A stretch of DNA of 64,000 bases. Origin: Callorhinchus milii. Its lineage: Eukaryota. The stretch covers positions 27,902,001-27,966,000 of the forward strand of contig NW_024704742.1 of assembly GCF_018977255.1 (NCBI RefSeq). Reading direction: 5' to 3'. The notes beneath the pieces were generated by a model that saw only the letters and a list, made by a program, of their open reading frames with translations, was not told the DNA's origin and did no database searches. This document shows positions 61,955-64,000 of this stretch, in pieces. The translations under genes were made by a program, and so were the position numbers. The number at the start of each line of letters is the position of its first letter. Within the stretch, counting starts at the first letter, position 1.

Positions 61955-62048
61955 CAAAAACAGAGATAGCTGGGAAAACTCAGCAGGTCAGGCAGAATCT
62001 ATAGAGAAAGGAAATTGAGTCAACGTTTCGGGTCCACGACCCTTTTTC
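61955..62048 (-). mobile_element. Penelope-like terminal fragment with 11-bp target-site duplication
   Basis: AAAACAGAGATAGCTGGGAAAACTCAGCAGGTCAGGCAG...AACGTTTCGGGTCCACGACCC, flanked by ATGTTAATAAA on both sides. Confidence 0.7.
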
Positions 62049-62862
62049 ATGTTAATAAAGTAGTCTGAGATGAAGTGGTGGGAAAATCCACATCCCTTTC
62101 AGGAATATTCCTCAAAATTAAATTAATATTGAAATATTCACTACTTTAACAATTTTCACAATGCTAAAGTTAAATTAATACTGACATATTCACCTCTACT
62201 TTGACTTTTTGTTGTGTTTATCTCTAAGGCTTCCTTTCTCCCTTTTCTTGTCTCACACCTTGGAAGGCAGGTTTCTGATTGTTTGAGGCATATATTGACA
62301 TTGTAACGTTCCTAATGTTCTCTAAGTTGTTGCTTTCAGTAAAATGTCAGAGTAGCTAAGATGAAGTTAAACCTCTCTGTGGCTTCACACAGAGACAGTT
62401 TCCAAAACAGGAGTGGCAAGGCTGAAATATGGCTTATTTACTTCAATCACTGGCAGTGATTTTACGGTAGACGAGGGCTTTCAGGAAGGAATGCTTCTTT
62501 GAACGGCTCCATTGAAGAATACTGTAAACGATTAATAGTTGTACTGTTTGCACGTCTGCTATTGCAACCAGGATCAATATTCACTCATGCACAAATGTAA
62601 AAAGTAAACTCACCACATATGACTTAGTGCTTCTTGTCTGGCAGGTGCATGCTGCGTTTACAAATCAATTGAAAGTCGTGATTAAAGTCTAATGGGGGCC
62701 ATGCACCTATGGAATGAGCAGAATATTTACTCTGCAGTGTGAGCTCCTGCTGTGTGAAAGGCTTGCTTGTGTCCGCGTTGCTTGTGACCTTATTTACGGT
62801 GTCACTATCCCTGGTCAGACTGTCAACAGAGTCAAATTTGCAGAATTTTCTTAGGGATTCTT

Positions 62863-63210
62863 AATAATAATAATAATCCTTGCATTTTGTATTATGAGGA
62901 ATAAGGAGAATATCTCAAAGTGCTTCACAGGAATTAAAGTGTATTGATGCATTTGTAGGCAATGGCTGCAGCTAATTTGCACAAAGCAATGCCCCACAAA
63001 TAGCCATAAAGTGAATAACCAATTTTATTTGAGGGTCTGTTCGTTAGGTGAAACATCCTTTTTTCGAGTAGTGCCATGGAATCTTTAACATGCCCCTGAA
63101 AAAGCAGGTGCATGCTAGAGATTATCAACTGCATTGGATTATCAATTTAGACTATGTCAAAGTGCTTGTACCCACAACTTTCTGACCAAAGGCGAGCGTG
63201 CTACAAACTG
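62863..63210 (-). mobile_element. Decayed Deu-SINE
   Basis: Tail, TCGAGTAGTGCCATGGAATCTTTAAC core remnant and head remnant. Confidence 0.7.
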
Positions 63211-63379
63211 AGAGAATCTCATAGATAAATACGAAATCCAGAATGAATAAATCGGGACTGCTTCTGGGATCAGAATTATGTGATGCAAACCCACAGGACC
63301 TCCACTGCAGCAAGATCTATTTTCAGAGTGGAGTTCCCTTAATTCAATGGGAATTCTAACTGGATTTCTTATTAAAGGA

Positions 63380-64000
63380 AGTGCACCTATGGTTCTCCCT
63401 CAACCTCTCTCTCCACATCCACTCCGCCACCCTGTTCCGCAGTCACCCCCTCGACCCGGAATCACTTGGGGCCTCACTGTCTCAGACCTCACCATCATCG
63501 ACAAAGCGATCTAGGACCATCGCTCAATCTCCCTTAACTCCTCAATCCCTTTCCCCACTGCCACCCAAGCCACTTCCATTTCCTTCTGCCCCTGGAAAAA
63601 AATCTCCCCCACCCTCCCTTTCGGCTGCCTTGAAGTCATCTGAACTCCTTCCCATCTGGGCTTCCTCCAGCTATGACCTATCCTCCTCAGTCACTCTTCT
63701 CCACAGCTCCCTCTCCACCACTCTCGATTCCTCACCTCCAATGCCAACTGCGATGAGATACTGGACTTCCTCAAATCCAAAGTTGAGGGGATCCTCTCAG
63801 CTACTTCTGCCCATCCATCTACTACCCCCTCCCCATCTCCCCACTCAACCCAGCTCCTACCCATCCCTCCCTCCACACCTTCGAACTCCCACTTCCCTCT
63901 CACCACCACTATAACCCGCATGAAAACCCACCTGTTCCCTCGACCCCATCCCTACCCCTCTCCTTACCTCCCAGCTCCACCTCCTTGCCCCTCTATTCAC
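63380..64000 (+). mobile_element. L2 ORF2 fragment (region upstream of RT), runs off the window end
   Basis: C-rich L2-like sequence; ACCTGTTCCCTCGACCCCATCCCTACCCCTCTCCTT translates as TCSLDPIPTPLL, the motif that precedes L2 RT. Confidence 0.75.

Noticed and set aside
63381..63914. 177-aa Pro/Ser-rich ORF
   Set aside because: A frame through C-rich decayed L2 sequence; low stop-codon density explains its length.

Overview
This is AT-rich, CpG-poor vertebrate DNA with no protein-coding exon, true tRNA/rRNA gene or CRISPR array that I can support. It looks like a large intron or intergenic region. The repeat content points to a cartilaginous fish, possibly a chimaera (inference): tRNA-headed SINEs with L2-type tails, Deu-domain SINEs, L2 and CR1 LINE fragments, and a Penelope-like end. 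Nearly all ORFs in the track are chance frames or decayed LINE pieces. The observations most worth following up are: (1) several fold-back or inverted duplications inside or at the ends of retroposon insertions (53230-53322, 52456-52496, 27237-27302, 44674-45791); (2) a decayed PIF/Harbinger transposase plus a five-copy palindromic MITE-like family; (3) an unclassified ~270-bp repeat whose copies keep a similar antisense reading frame and share their 3' end with a second, different element; (4) a modular SINE series with a common 3' half; (5) a 94-bp Penelope-like insert with an 11-bp target-site duplication and a broken hammerhead-like motif; and (6) several repeat-free, enhancer-like blocks. 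I found no convincing novel multi-gene system. Coordinates were read by eye, and those for decayed repeats are approximate.
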